This document shows, piece by piece, positions 27,397 to 37,932 of a stretch of 64,000 nt of DNA. Source of the stretch: a virus; IMG/VR virus record IMGVR_UViG_3300030419_007641, positions 96,001 through 160,000 of that record; one strand, written 5' to 3'. The first letter of the stretch is position 1. Each line of letters begins with the position of its first letter. Both the position numbers and the translations under genes were made by a program. Under the pieces are notes generated by a model, which searched no databases, was not told the DNA's origin, and saw only the letters and a list, made by a program, of their open reading frames with translations.

Positions 27397-27756
27397 TTAA
27401 TCATCAAAAAGTTTAATGACTTCAGGCTCTTCTTCTGGGGTAACGATTGGTGAAGCTGGTTTATTAATGTTTTCGTACTGTGTAATAATACGATCGTCAA
27501 GATCTACATCAGATACTGCTATAGCACTCTTAGTAAACGTCCAGTTATTTTTTTCCTTATCTCCTTTAATAAATTCCATAAAAAGATATGGAAAGGACTG
27601 TACTTGCAATTGACCGGATTGTGGATCAGGCTGGACATGAATAATAACAGGATTGTGCAGAGTAAGAGTTTTGGTATCTTCCTTTACCACTTGGCCTACA
27701 ACTGTTCTTCCAATATGATCAACAATCGTTTTGATTTCTTTATTTTTATCTGACAT
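27397..27756 (-). CDS. hypothetical protein
   Basis: 119 aa; beta-rich N-terminus, acidic tail. Confidence 0.8.
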   Translation of the reverse strand: MSDKNKEIKTIVDHIGRTVVGQVVKEDTKTLTLHNPVIIHVQPDPQSGQLQVQSFPYLFMEFIKGDKEKNNWTFTKSAIAVSDVDLDDRIITQYENINKPASPIVTPEEEPEVIKLFDD

Positions 27757-27790
27757 ATAATTATATTAATTTAAATTTATAATAAGGCCA

Positions 27791-28108
27791 CTATTTTTTT
27801 TGATATCTTAGTGTATTAGCTACTGTTACAGCTTCATGAAGAGCTTCTTTAGCTGGTTTAGAAAGGTATGTTGATTTATCAGAAGCGTGATCTAAAGCCT
27901 CTCTCATAATAACAATTGATCTTCTAATTTTTTCAATTTCGGGAGAATTAATAGTTCCTGAACCATCATCTACTCCTGTAATAACGTCTTTAAAGATTGC
28001 TAATGTTTCTAATATACCTTGAACTTTACCCCTCTTAAATGCTGGATGTGCATTATGGGTGTTATCGTCTTGAGGCCTATCTAAATATCCACCTGTTTGT
28101 ACTGCCAT
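27791..28108 (-). CDS. hypothetical protein
   Basis: Likely start is MAVQTGG at 28108, after TAAATA, rather than the longer overlapping start in the ORF track. Confidence 0.75.
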   Translation of the reverse strand: MAVQTGGYLDRPQDDNTHNAHPAFKRGKVQGILETLAIFKDVITGVDDGSGTINSPEIEKIRRSIVIMREALDHASDKSTYLSKPAKEALHEAVTVANTLRYQKK

Positions 28109-28112
28109 ATGT

Positions 28113-30689
28113 CTATTTACTAAATAGATCAAATAATTCTACTGTAACATTTTCAGATGGTTTTCTTATTTTCCATCCCACATTATCATAAAATCTTTCT
28201 ATTGCTTGAAATAGAATCTTTTCAAACATTTTGTCGTAGTCTGGTTTAAATAGATCGCTAAATTCTTTAGGGTAATCATATTTAAAACCAATGCTTTCCA
28301 AGCCGAACTTATTAGGTTGTTCAATGTACATATAACGGACCTTATCACCTGTTCCAATTGCTTCATATTTGTTTTTTGTGTTTAGTTTATCTAGAAGTAG
28401 ATTATAAAAATATGCTGACTTTACATGAATAGGCATTCCTTTTGCTGTTGTAAATTCGTTACATTGCACAGAGTATTTTTCATATCCCTTAACACCCATT
28501 ACAAAAGCAAGCTCTTGCGGATCTAACTTCTTAAAAATTTCATATGTCTCATTTAACAATTCATTAGTTTTACCTAATGATTGTGTATTAAGCATTGTTT
28601 CTATAATTTTCTTAGCGTATGGCTTAATGGCATTAGGCATAGTAGTCCTAACAACCTCCACACCAGTATATTTAAATTTATTTTCTTTAATACCCTCATC
28701 ATCCAAAATATGCATAACGTACCGCTTCTTTTGCAAGAACACGCCCACATCAGCTATACATTCACGCTTAAAAATAAACCTATTATCTTTAGATAAGAGC
28801 GCCTTTTTAGCCCATTCACTAACCCCTTTATTTAAGTGATCCTCAATTTGTTGAATTTTATCAAATGTTTCTTTGTGAATATCTTCACCATCTAAAAAAT
28901 TTAAGCCCTTATTAACAAGAGGAGTAATAGAAACATAGGATGAGTCCGTATCATTATAAATAATGCAATCCTCAAGTTGCTTATCAGAGATATCTGGTAC
29001 CTCGTTTTTAATAAATTCCTTGATAAGCTCATTTGAGTATTTAATAACAGCTTGCCCAGTCAACGTGACTGAAGATGCAATATCATCATCACCAATCGGG
29101 GCATGCTTATTTCCCATGTAGCCATAACACGAGTTAATAAGAATCTTAATAACCATTTGCGATGTATTAAGTCTTTCGACCTCATACTTAGCATCAATAT
29201 ATTCAGATGTATTTTTCTTTAGCTTTTTAAGTTTTTGTTTTGCTTTATATAAGTCCTTTTTAATAACAACGCGCTTATTGTAATAATATTCCAAGAATTC
29301 CGGAATAATGCCCCTTTTCTTCTGTGAAAATAAAAATCCAGCTTTAGATAAAGCACAGTCTTCAGTTTTTAGAAATTTTGCAAATGCTGGTTTATCTAAT
29401 TCAAACAATTTACCGGATACATGCTGTATTATTATCTTATCATTAGTACTTCTCTCAATCTTACCTACTTTAGTTTCCGGGGAAGTATTAAGAGATATCA
29501 TTACATTAGGATACAGAGAGTTTGCATCGAAAGAAACAATATGATTCTTAAATCCGGACTTAGGTTCCGCTACATACGCACCGGGATTTTTACCTGTATC
29601 AGCATTTCTAACAAATGTAGAAATAATTTCACCTCTATTACGAGCTCTAATACAAAGTGCGCCATTAATAACCTGAATTGTGCCCATAGCCCCTTCTAGT
29701 GTAGTCAACCCAACATAAGACAACATTCTAAGAAGAGGAAAATATTGAAGTTTTTCTTCTAACCTAACTAGAAGGTTAACGTCTTGAATGTTGTAGTCAA
29801 TAAACTTATTCCAATCTTCATCAGACAAAGTAGCAAGATTGCTATCACCATAGTCAATCTTACGCTGACCTAACTCTACCTCTCCAATAGCATCAAGCTT
29901 GTATGATTCTCTTAATTTTAAGCAAAACCGTTTATACACATCTAAGTAGTCTAAACAAGCAACCCCCTCTATATAAAATCGCTTTTGCTCTCTACCGAAT
30001 TGCCCCCTAATAAGTCTAGAATATACTCTACCTAATGGAGATAACCTATTAACATACTCCTGGCCAAGTATATGCTCTATTCGACCAACAATATAAGGAA
30101 TATCAAAAAATTCTGAGTTCCAACCACTTAAAATATCCGGGTAATCACTTTCAAGATACTCCAAAAATTTAATAAACATATCACGCTCATCTCTACAGTG
30201 AACATAATTTAAATCAGGTCGACCCTTACCGGTATATGGCTTAATTCCAAAGGTATGAAACTTTTTTGTAAAGTTATCATAACACGTAATTACGTTTACT
30301 ACATGATTAGGATTGTCTACATCTGGAAAAGAATCAGGTGAATATGTCTCAATATCAATTAAGCATACTCTCAGTGGATGTGTATTAAATTCTGGCTTCT
30401 CATTTTCCTGCCAATACAAATCTAATAAGAATTGTTGTTGAGGTGGAGCATTTTCAAATACTCGTTTTATCCCTGAGTCAGATAGAAATCTAGATCGATT
30501 AAATCTGTTATTAAATTTTTTCTTCTTAACCTTAGTACCGTAAATAGAAGTTTTATCGCCCCTATTATCTTCAATATAAAGATAGGGCTCAAATGAACAG
30601 GTGTGCATTATCCGGTTACCATCCTTATCCCAAGTAAATAGATTAATGCACTGATCCCTGTTGTTATAAACAACGTTACGATATGACAT
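28113..30689 (-). CDS. family B DNA polymerase (T4 gp43-like)
   Basis: ExoI DIETY, ExoII NSEFFDIPY, motif A FDANSLYP, motif B KILINSCYG, motif C YNDTDS, KKRY. Confidence 0.97.
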   Translation of the reverse strand: MSYRNVVYNNRDQCINLFTWDKDGNRIMHTCSFEPYLYIEDNRGDKTSIYGTKVKKKKFNNRFNRSRFLSDSGIKRVFENAPPQQQFLLDLYWQENEKPEFNTHPLRVCLIDIETYSPDSFPDVDNPNHVVNVITCYDNFTKKFHTFGIKPYTGKGRPDLNYVHCRDERDMFIKFLEYLESDYPDILSGWNSEFFDIPYIVGRIEHILGQEYVNRLSPLGRVYSRLIRGQFGREQKRFYIEGVACLDYLDVYKRFCLKLRESYKLDAIGEVELGQRKIDYGDSNLATLSDEDWNKFIDYNIQDVNLLVRLEEKLQYFPLLRMLSYVGLTTLEGAMGTIQVINGALCIRARNRGEIISTFVRNADTGKNPGAYVAEPKSGFKNHIVSFDANSLYPNVMISLNTSPETKVGKIERSTNDKIIIQHVSGKLFELDKPAFAKFLKTEDCALSKAGFLFSQKKRGIIPEFLEYYYNKRVVIKKDLYKAKQKLKKLKKNTSEYIDAKYEVERLNTSQMVIKILINSCYGYMGNKHAPIGDDDIASSVTLTGQAVIKYSNELIKEFIKNEVPDISDKQLEDCIIYNDTDSSYVSITPLVNKGLNFLDGEDIHKETFDKIQQIEDHLNKGVSEWAKKALLSKDNRFIFKRECIADVGVFLQKKRYVMHILDDEGIKENKFKYTGVEVVRTTMPNAIKPYAKKIIETMLNTQSLGKTNELLNETYEIFKKLDPQELAFVMGVKGYEKYSVQCNEFTTAKGMPIHVKSAYFYNLLLDKLNTKNKYEAIGTGDKVRYMYIEQPNKFGLESIGFKYDYPKEFSDLFKPDYDKMFEKILFQAIERFYDNVGWKIRKPSENVTVELFDLFSK

Positions 30690-30715
30690 CTACATCTATT
30701 ATAATAATGTAGTTC

Positions 30716-31933
30716 CTAATTCCACTCTTTTAGGAATTTTCTCTCATTACTACCCCATGGGGTATTTAGTGCCTCTAGATGAGCTCCTATATTTTGATCA
30801 AGCTCTAAAATTCTCTTTAACCCTATCTGTCTAAGCTTATGAATATTTTGAAAATATCTATTTCTTTTTTTCCAATTTAATATTCGCTCTATTTTATGTT
30901 CAAATTCTTCTATTGTTGTAAACCTTAGCTGCTCCGGAGCTGTATGATAAGTTTCCATATCCTGACAGAGACAGGGCAGCCCTAATATACATGCTTCAAT
31001 AAATTTAATATCAGATTTAGATCGATTAAAATCATTTACCTGTAATGGAGCTACCATTAACTGAGCGTTTAAATTAGCAATAAATTGTGGATATTGTAAA
31101 AGTGTTTGCCACGGGTAAAATTCAATTTGCCTGCTCTGCACCAAATCTTGAAGTGGTGGAGGAAACGCGCCCACAAAAACCCATTGGTATTTATTAACTG
31201 TAGCTCTTATAAAATCTCTTACTTCTGATAGATCGTCCTTTCCTCCAGTTTTATTATCTACATCATAATGGGCTCCGGAGCCGGTATATAAAATACGTGG
31301 CTTTCTTCTATTATTTTCAAATTCACGCTCTATTTTTCGTGGGTCAAACAAATACCCCATCCACCCAGTTGGGACAAAGTTTGGAATTACAGTAATTTTT
31401 TGTTGACCCGTTTTTTCTTGATATAATCTTCTCATAAAGTCGCATGTCACTGTTACTTCATCTACCATATTAATAATATCAACACAATTTTGTCGAATTT
31501 CTTCAGTATCAAACGCAAACTTAAACTTATTATAATCAGGTATACATTCTTTAAATACAACATCATCTACCTCATAGATAATTTTAAAGTCGTGGCTTTG
31601 CTGTACTTGCTTTAAATACTTAACAAATTCTTTTTGCTGTGAAGAAGCTTGTCGCTGAACCTTAACGCACTTAACACCGGTATACCAATTTGGATCTGCA
31701 ACCATAGCTGTTGTTGATTGTGACATTCCGTCTCCTCTTGCGTTAATTACAGCTTCAGGCCACAATATTCTCCAATGTCCACATCCAGAATAATCCGCAA
31801 GATAGTTTATATATCTCGGTAGAGAGTGCTCAACAGGCTGTTGTTGTTGTGGTGGTGGTTGCGAATTTGCATCTAACTGTACCCCGACAATTGGAGAAGC
31901 TAAAGGCTGTGGAAAGGGTGATGCGCCAATCAT
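30716..31933 (-). CDS. GT-B glycosyltransferase-like protein
   Basis: SGCGHWRI, YEVDD, VIPNF, APLQVNDFNRSKSDIKFIEA. Has an N-terminal P/Q-rich extension. Confidence 0.8.
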   Translation of the reverse strand: MIGASPFPQPLASPIVGVQLDANSQPPPQQQQPVEHSLPRYINYLADYSGCGHWRILWPEAVINARGDGMSQSTTAMVADPNWYTGVKCVKVQRQASSQQKEFVKYLKQVQQSHDFKIIYEVDDVVFKECIPDYNKFKFAFDTEEIRQNCVDIINMVDEVTVTCDFMRRLYQEKTGQQKITVIPNFVPTGWMGYLFDPRKIEREFENNRRKPRILYTGSGAHYDVDNKTGGKDDLSEVRDFIRATVNKYQWVFVGAFPPPLQDLVQSRQIEFYPWQTLLQYPQFIANLNAQLMVAPLQVNDFNRSKSDIKFIEACILGLPCLCQDMETYHTAPEQLRFTTIEEFEHKIERILNWKKRNRYFQNIHKLRQIGLKRILELDQNIGAHLEALNTPWGSNERKFLKEWN

Positions 31934-31946
31934 TTTTATATATAGT

Positions 31947-33761
31947 TTAAATTTCTGTATAATCTACACGTCGTGTAATACCATTTTCCTTTTCTAAGAA
32001 AATAACATCTCCAGTGACAGCTTTAATTGATTCTTTTCTATGTGAAATAACTATAGAGCATTCATTTAGCTCTTCTACTCTATCTTGTAAAATTTGTGTT
32101 ATTAGCTCAATACCCTTTTCATCAAACGAAGAATCAAACAATTCATCATAAATTGCAATATTATATTGAACGCCTCCTTGTAGTCTTCTTATATCTGAAA
32201 ATGTAAATAGGCATGCCAGGTCAATTGACTTACGCTCTGCACCCGAAAAATTAAAATAGGAACAGACCTTATTTTTTTCATTTAAAATTTCTTCTTCAAA
32301 ATACTCATTAAAGATACAAATGGAATTAGAGTCTAAACGCTTAAGATAGTGTAATAGCTTGCTATTTAGAAGCTCTAGCAGCTTATTTACAATATACGAC
32401 TTTACACCCTCTTCCGAAACCACATATTTTACAATATCTAGCTTAGCTAACTGATCTCTAAACTTGTTAACTTTTTTCTCAAGCTTATCTACACGTTGTT
32501 TTGTTTCTATAATAAGTGAATCAAATTCTGTTTCTGTTGATTCAATAGCCTCTAAATCACCTTTTAGTTCATCTTGCCATTTATCTAATTGATCGATGCG
32601 CTGTAATGTATTTTCTTTTTTTTGTTGTTGTAGTTTTGCCTCAGATAGTTTATTTTGACGTGAATTAATTGCTGTTTGAATCTTGTTTTTTTTATCTCTA
32701 AGGGTTTGAAGATCCGCCGTTAGAACACGTATGTCTTCAACCATACTCTCAATACTCTTTTTAAGTTTATCCTTTTCTTCTGCAATATAATCTACATCAT
32801 GGTCCTCGATACTTCGAAGACACACCGGGCACTTCTCTTCATTTGTACCTATTTTTTGATATATATCTTTTCTATACTTGACCTTTGCCTTTTTTTGTGC
32901 AACACCTTCTAGACTAGCTTCAATTTTAACACCGCACCCTTCAAGCCCTTCTTCGAGATCTGAAATTGTACTTTGTACCTCTTCAACATTTACCTCTTGT
33001 ATGCCTTGAAGTTCTTTTTTAAGTTTTTCTTTTTCTTTGGTATTATTCGCTTGACGTGAGAGGTATTTTTGCTTTTTTTCTTTTCTTGTTCGAAGAATTC
33101 GCTGCTTTTGATCTTCATAATTTTTATATGCCTTCTCAATCTCTTCTAATTTAGTTAATTGTGTATCATGATCACGTGATATTTCATTATATTCATTACG
33201 TAAAGCAGTCAACATCGTACTAAATATTTCCATTCCAAAAATGTCCTCAATAAACTTTCGTTTTTCAATTTTATTTTTAGCCATAAAAGGAACTGCATTG
33301 TTTACTGTCATAATAACACAGTTTTGAAAGATAGAGGGGGATGCGCTTAATACCTGATTTATATATAATGTAGTATTTTTAATACTATCACGAGTTCTAT
33401 CTACACCGTCTTTAAAAATTAAAACTTTGGAAGGTGATAGTGTACGAATAATCTTATAGTTATTTTTGCCTTTAGGTGAATCTAATTCGAAGTCTAGTTC
33501 AATATGAGTCTTACCGTTCGTAAGGTTATTAGGTATAAGGTCTTTTTTAAGTTCGCGTAATGTCTCGCCGAAAATAGCAAAATATAAAGCGTCAGCTATA
33601 GTACTCTTACCAATAGCATTTCTTCGATCAGGCTTATCTTTATTTTTACCTGTAATAACATGAAGACCCTTATCAAACTTAATTGTAACCGGGTCCTCAC
33701 CTACAGATAAAAAATTTACTATACTAAGCTTCTTAAAGTTTACTTTTTTCATATAAACCAA
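31947..33761 (-). CDS. recombination ATPase gp46 (Rad50/SbcC-like)
   Basis: NFLSVG, NAIGKST, central coiled coil with CPVC hook, FSGAE signature, YDELFD, ISH. Confidence 0.95.
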   Translation of the reverse strand: MVYMKKVNFKKLSIVNFLSVGEDPVTIKFDKGLHVITGKNKDKPDRRNAIGKSTIADALYFAIFGETLRELKKDLIPNNLTNGKTHIELDFELDSPKGKNNYKIIRTLSPSKVLIFKDGVDRTRDSIKNTTLYINQVLSASPSIFQNCVIMTVNNAVPFMAKNKIEKRKFIEDIFGMEIFSTMLTALRNEYNEISRDHDTQLTKLEEIEKAYKNYEDQKQRILRTRKEKKQKYLSRQANNTKEKEKLKKELQGIQEVNVEEVQSTISDLEEGLEGCGVKIEASLEGVAQKKAKVKYRKDIYQKIGTNEEKCPVCLRSIEDHDVDYIAEEKDKLKKSIESMVEDIRVLTADLQTLRDKKNKIQTAINSRQNKLSEAKLQQQKKENTLQRIDQLDKWQDELKGDLEAIESTETEFDSLIIETKQRVDKLEKKVNKFRDQLAKLDIVKYVVSEEGVKSYIVNKLLELLNSKLLHYLKRLDSNSICIFNEYFEEEILNEKNKVCSYFNFSGAERKSIDLACLFTFSDIRRLQGGVQYNIAIYDELFDSSFDEKGIELITQILQDRVEELNECSIVISHRKESIKAVTGDVIFLEKENGITRRVDYTEI

Positions 33762-34797
33762 GAGTATATTTTATTATCTCTTTTTTGTTCTTAATTTCAA
33801 GGAGATTTACAAACTCTTCTATAGCTTGAGGTATGTCAATCCCAGATAGGTCTTCTTTATCTTGTGTATCATCAATTAATCTATTAAAATTTATGTCATA
33901 ATCTACAGTTAATGATTCCGGGCGCAATAAAGAAAGCTTTTTAAGAAGAATATCCATATCTTGTTGAGATATATTCATGTCTACTTTTAATTTTACTATA
34001 TTATTAGTAAAAAGACTTACTACGCGTTGTGTAATATTACCCTCTCTTACTAACTCACTTAGTGAGATCTTTTTATAATTCGGTGATACATTATTTGGAA
34101 AAAAATCATATTCCAAATCGTCTAAATTAAGAACATAATATCCTTTTGTATTATTTGTGTCACCAAAATCCATTTGAAAGGGATTACCAACATACAAAAT
34201 AGTACCCTTTCCAAACTTTTTTAAGTGTCGAGTATGAAAATGTCCTGATATAATTAAGCTGCTCTTTCTAAGTAAGTCCTTTACTTTAAGGCCATCTTCA
34301 CATACCTTATAAGAGTTCATTTTAAATGTTTCTATTTCAAAATGACCGAATAATATGTCGCTTTTTGGAATATCCTTAACATTAGTATTCCACGGACAAA
34401 AAGTAATAGTACGGTCAAATGCTTCTATGGTTTCTGGATCATTTAAAATAGTTACATTTTTACGCTTTTTAAAAATAGATAAGGAATTAACATCAGTTCT
34501 ATGTTTATAGTACATATCATGATTACCTGTTATAGCTATAATATTAAAGTCTGCTAAAATATCTAAAATATCAGCAGATACCTGTAGCGTGTTAACAGAA
34601 ATTTCACTGCGATTATGGTGCCAATCACCGCAAAATATTATATCCTTAATATTTTTCTTCTTACATTCATCTTTAAACCAATTTGCCCATTCAATAGCAT
34701 AATTATGCCAGTCTGAGCTGTTTGAATGTACACCGAGATGAAGATCTGAAAAGATAGCTATTTTCGGGCTATTAAGTTTAGTAATCATTCTCCTCAT
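33733..34797 (-). CDS. recombination nuclease gp47 (Mre11/SbcD-like)
   Basis: SDLHLG, GDWHH, GNHD, GHFE, SGHFH. Confidence 0.95.
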   Translation of the reverse strand: MRRMITKLNSPKIAIFSDLHLGVHSNSSDWHNYAIEWANWFKDECKKKNIKDIIFCGDWHHNRSEISVNTLQVSADILDILADFNIIAITGNHDMYYKHRTDVNSLSIFKKRKNVTILNDPETIEAFDRTITFCPWNTNVKDIPKSDILFGHFEIETFKMNSYKVCEDGLKVKDLLRKSSLIISGHFHTRHLKKFGKGTILYVGNPFQMDFGDTNNTKGYYVLNLDDLEYDFFPNNVSPNYKKISLSELVREGNITQRVVSLFTNNIVKLKVDMNISQQDMDILLKKLSLLRPESLTVDYDINFNRLIDDTQDKEDLSGIDIPQAIEEFVNLLEIKNKKEIIKYTLGLYEKSKL

Positions 34798-35233
34798 CAG
34801 GGGGCTTTACATACACATGCCCATGTGTATTTTCTGGATCTGACATATATTCATCATACATCTGCTCCCTATAGCTTGTTATAGCAGCGTGGTGCTTTTT
34901 TTCCTTCTTTATACGATTTATAAACGCGTGATAAGCAATAGTGGTAAAATATGAGAAGGGATTTGAGCCAGTATCAAAATTAAATTTTTTATTCTTTAGA
35001 GCAGAGTACATTTTAATTAAAGCATCACCAATCATATCATCTTTGTATGTATAATTGATAAATGAAGCATTGTAACTTAATCCATATGCAATTTTTTTAA
35101 TGTTTTCCGCTAAGTCGTCGGTTAAATTATCAGTATCATAATATTTTTGTAATGATTCTCTAAAAACCTTAGGCTCTATATAATAGGGCTTTTTTTCCTT
35201 TTTTGATTTGGCTTTTTTCTTTTTTGTCGACAT
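34778..35233 (-). CDS. late transcription sigma factor (T4 gp55-like)
   Basis: FINYTYKDDMIGDA and NPFSYFTTIAYHAFINRIKKEKK; sits next to gp47 as in T4-likes. Confidence 0.9.
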   Translation of the reverse strand: MSTKKKKAKSKKEKKPYYIEPKVFRESLQKYYDTDNLTDDLAENIKKIAYGLSYNASFINYTYKDDMIGDALIKMYSALKNKKFNFDTGSNPFSYFTTIAYHAFINRIKKEKKHHAAITSYREQMYDEYMSDPENTHGHVYVKPPDEENDY

Positions 35234-35257
35234 TTTTATGATTATAGTATGTTATTA

Positions 35258-36679
35258 TTACTTTTCAATAATATTTGTTTCGGTAAACTTAATTTTTTCT
35301 TTTTCATATATTTCTTTTCGCTTTTCACAATGTCTAATTCCGTATCTCAGCCTATCGCAAATATCAAATATAATTAATTTTGATTTTAGGTTATGTTTTC
35401 GTAATCCTCGACCAATTGATTGCACAGTTCGTATAAAAGACTTGCCACCAGACGCAAAAATAATGTTATGGAGATTTTTAATGTTAACTCCTGTGGAAAA
35501 GATAGCGCTTATCGCCACACACACAACATTTGTATCTGTTTCCATTATTTTCTTAATTTTATCACGTTCTTCAACGTCTACCTCACCTCTAATAAAGTAT
35601 ATCTGTTTATTTTCCAGTATATCTAGGTATTCTTTTAGTAACTCCCCATGTTTAATGTGATTTACAAGAATTAATGTATTATTGTCAAGCTTATCACACA
35701 GTTTAGTGAGGAATTCGTTCCTAAACGGGCTTTCATAAATAAAATCCAGCTCTCCACGGTAGTGATCATCAGTATCATACCTTGGAACCGTGTCATACTC
35801 TAAATTTAGCACTTTTACAGCTACATTAGCTAAATAATCTTCTATTCTTAGTTCGTAACTTGTTTTCTCATATATAACTGGTCCCAGTTTCCCTATGATT
35901 GACCACTTATCTAGGTTATTTTCAGGTAGTGTACCTGTAAATCCGTATTTGTTAGGTGTTCTTATCCTAGATACTATTTTACTAATCTTATTTGATGCTT
36001 TTATCTTATGACACTCATCAACAATAAGTAGATCTATGTGTTTTAACCAGTCATTCTGTTCAAAACGACTTTGAACAATGCCAATATTGCAAATTATAAC
36101 ATTTGCTGTGAGATCCGGCTTAGTTTTACCTGTCCACTTAGTTATTTTAAAGGTAGTACCACAATTTAAGAACTCATCATATGTTTGAGTCACTAATCCC
36201 AAGTCAGGCACAAGCACTATACACTTAAATGTGTCTTTATCACTACTATCTCTAAAGTAATTCTCAATTAATGCCGCGGTTGTAAAGGTTTTACCGGCTC
36301 CAGTACCCAAAACACATGTGCCTCTACCTATTTTAAGTGCTTTATTAACAACATCTTCCTGATATTCTCTTAAATCAAACGCAAAGTCCTTATAAAGATC
36401 TATATCTTTACCTACTTTTAGTACCTTTTGAAGTTTATCACTAGTAGCTGTCTCTTTTTTACCTAAAAACTTTTTTATCTCCCAATATAGACCTATTTCA
36501 CATGCACCTGCACTAGTAATAGCATATTTTCTAGGTGGTATGTATCGACCATATCGCCTGCCATAGCGCGCTGCATCATTTACAATGCTAAAATGCTCTC
36601 TTACACGGTTAAATAGATCTAAATCTTCTGTCTTTAATAGAAGCTTACGCGTAGATGGGTTATAATCGAAGGTTAGCAT
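35258..36679 (-). CDS. uvsW: SF2 DNA helicase UvsW
   Basis: LREYQ, GTGAGKT, VDECH, GFTGT, STGVNI, QSIGRGLR. Confidence 0.95.
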   Translation of the reverse strand: MLTFDYNPSTRKLLLKTEDLDLFNRVREHFSIVNDAARYGRRYGRYIPPRKYAITSAGACEIGLYWEIKKFLGKKETATSDKLQKVLKVGKDIDLYKDFAFDLREYQEDVVNKALKIGRGTCVLGTGAGKTFTTAALIENYFRDSSDKDTFKCIVLVPDLGLVTQTYDEFLNCGTTFKITKWTGKTKPDLTANVIICNIGIVQSRFEQNDWLKHIDLLIVDECHKIKASNKISKIVSRIRTPNKYGFTGTLPENNLDKWSIIGKLGPVIYEKTSYELRIEDYLANVAVKVLNLEYDTVPRYDTDDHYRGELDFIYESPFRNEFLTKLCDKLDNNTLILVNHIKHGELLKEYLDILENKQIYFIRGEVDVEERDKIKKIMETDTNVVCVAISAIFSTGVNIKNLHNIIFASGGKSFIRTVQSIGRGLRKHNLKSKLIIFDICDRLRYGIRHCEKRKEIYEKEKIKFTETNIIEK

Positions 36680-37074
36680 TAATATTGCTCCATTTTGTTC
36701 ATATCTATAACGTTTTTAATCTCCCAATGCATGTTGCTAAGAATCTTTTCCACCTTTTCCAAATATTCTATAATAGTATCTTGCTCTTTTATACTATTAT
36801 TAAGCTTAACTACAGATTCATACCGCTCGGCAGCAGATTCTGCAGATGTTTGATTAATGCGAACAGGGGAATCTTCAATTACCTTCTTAACTAGATCCTT
36901 TTTAAGCTTTCGCTTTTCAGTAATAAGATCGTTTCTTTTAATTTTGGCCTCTACTAGTCTCCCTACCCAAAAATGCTTACGAGCCGGGAGTCTTTGCTGT
37001 TGTTGTTTAAGGTTTAAATCATTGAGTACTAGATCTTCTCCGATCTCTTCCATGTACTTTTTTAGCAATTTCAC
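36679..37074 (-). CDS. uvsY: recombination mediator UvsY
   Basis: 131-aa helical protein adjacent to uvsW; ends IIEYLEKVEKILSNMHWEIKNVIDMNKME. Confidence 0.8.
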   Translation of the reverse strand: MKLLKKYMEEIGEDLVLNDLNLKQQQQRLPARKHFWVGRLVEAKIKRNDLITEKRKLKKDLVKKVIEDSPVRINQTSAESAAERYESVVKLNNSIKEQDTIIEYLEKVEKILSNMHWEIKNVIDMNKMEQY

Positions 37075-37082
37075 AATATTAT

Positions 37083-37090
37083 TATAAATA
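37083..37090 (+). promoter_or_regulatory. T4-type late promoter TATAAATA
   Basis: Exact consensus at the head of the plus-strand late gene run. Confidence 0.8.
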
Positions 37091-37098
37091 TTATTGTA

Positions 37099-37491
37099 AT
37101 GGAATCAAGAGGCAGATTTGAACAGTTATTCTTTAAAGTGTTAAAAGAGAACAATACCGCGGGGGCAGGTGGGTCTTTAGGTGAACCTGACGTACCGTAT
37201 GCTAATGATGATGCGAGAATACCTAAATTATTAGGACAAGGTAAGGTTCAAACACGTAAAGGATCCACTGGTGGTAAAAAGAATAAAAAGAAAAAAACTG
37301 ATGGTTTAGATGAGGTGTATCTAACAGGGAAAGAAAATGAAGAAGGTGTCCCCGAGGAAGATGCTGAAAAAAAGAAAGCTGATAGATGTAAGCGTAAAGC
37401 AGACTCCGTTTATGGTAAAAAGACGTCTGCTTATAAGTCTGGTGCTATTGTAAGGTGTAGGCAAGGTAAAATCTGGAAGAAAAAGAAGTGA
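37099..37491 (+). CDS. basic hypothetical protein, putative head-internal protein
   Basis: TATAAATA at 37083-37090. Modules DDARIPKLL and CKRKADSVYGKKTSAYKSGAIVRCR are separated by EEDAE. Confidence 0.8.
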   Translation: MESRGRFEQLFFKVLKENNTAGAGGSLGEPDVPYANDDARIPKLLGQGKVQTRKGSTGGKKNKKKKTDGLDEVYLTGKENEEGVPEEDAEKKKADRCKRKADSVYGKKTSAYKSGAIVRCRQGKIWKKKK

Positions 37492-37919
37492 GCATGTCCC
37501 AAAGAGAAGTTCTTGAAGCTAGTGATTCGTTACGTCAGTGGTTTGATAGAGGTGGTACCGATCCTAAGACTGGTAAGAAGTTTAAAGGGTGGATAAATTG
37601 CAAGACAGGGGGCCCTTGTGGTCGTAAATCTAAAAAATCTGGTGGTAGTTACCCGGCTTGTCGACCGACTAAAGCAGCTTGCAAGAGTATTAAGGGTAAG
37701 ATGTATAAGAAGAAGGGACCGAAGCGGGTTGACTGGAAGAAAAAAAAGAAAAAGAGCGAAAACGCTGAAGATGTACACAAGCCTGTTAAGCCTGGTATCT
37801 TAAAAAAGAGATTAGGTAAGTTATCTTGCAGTAAAGTGAGGGGCGCAAAGGGTAAGTTAAAGGATAAAGGCACTCATTACGCAAAAGCACTACAGCGCTA
37901 TTTAAATTATCACTGTTAA
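37488..37919 (+). CDS. basic Cys-containing hypothetical protein
   Basis: LRQWF...GPCGRK...YPACRPT module, then ENAE, then KPGILKKRLGKLSC module. Confidence 0.8.
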   Translation: MSMSQREVLEASDSLRQWFDRGGTDPKTGKKFKGWINCKTGGPCGRKSKKSGGSYPACRPTKAACKSIKGKMYKKKGPKRVDWKKKKKKSENAEDVHKPVKPGILKKRLGKLSCSKVRGAKGKLKDKGTHYAKALQRYLNYHC

Positions 37920-37932
37920 CATAAATATTGTT

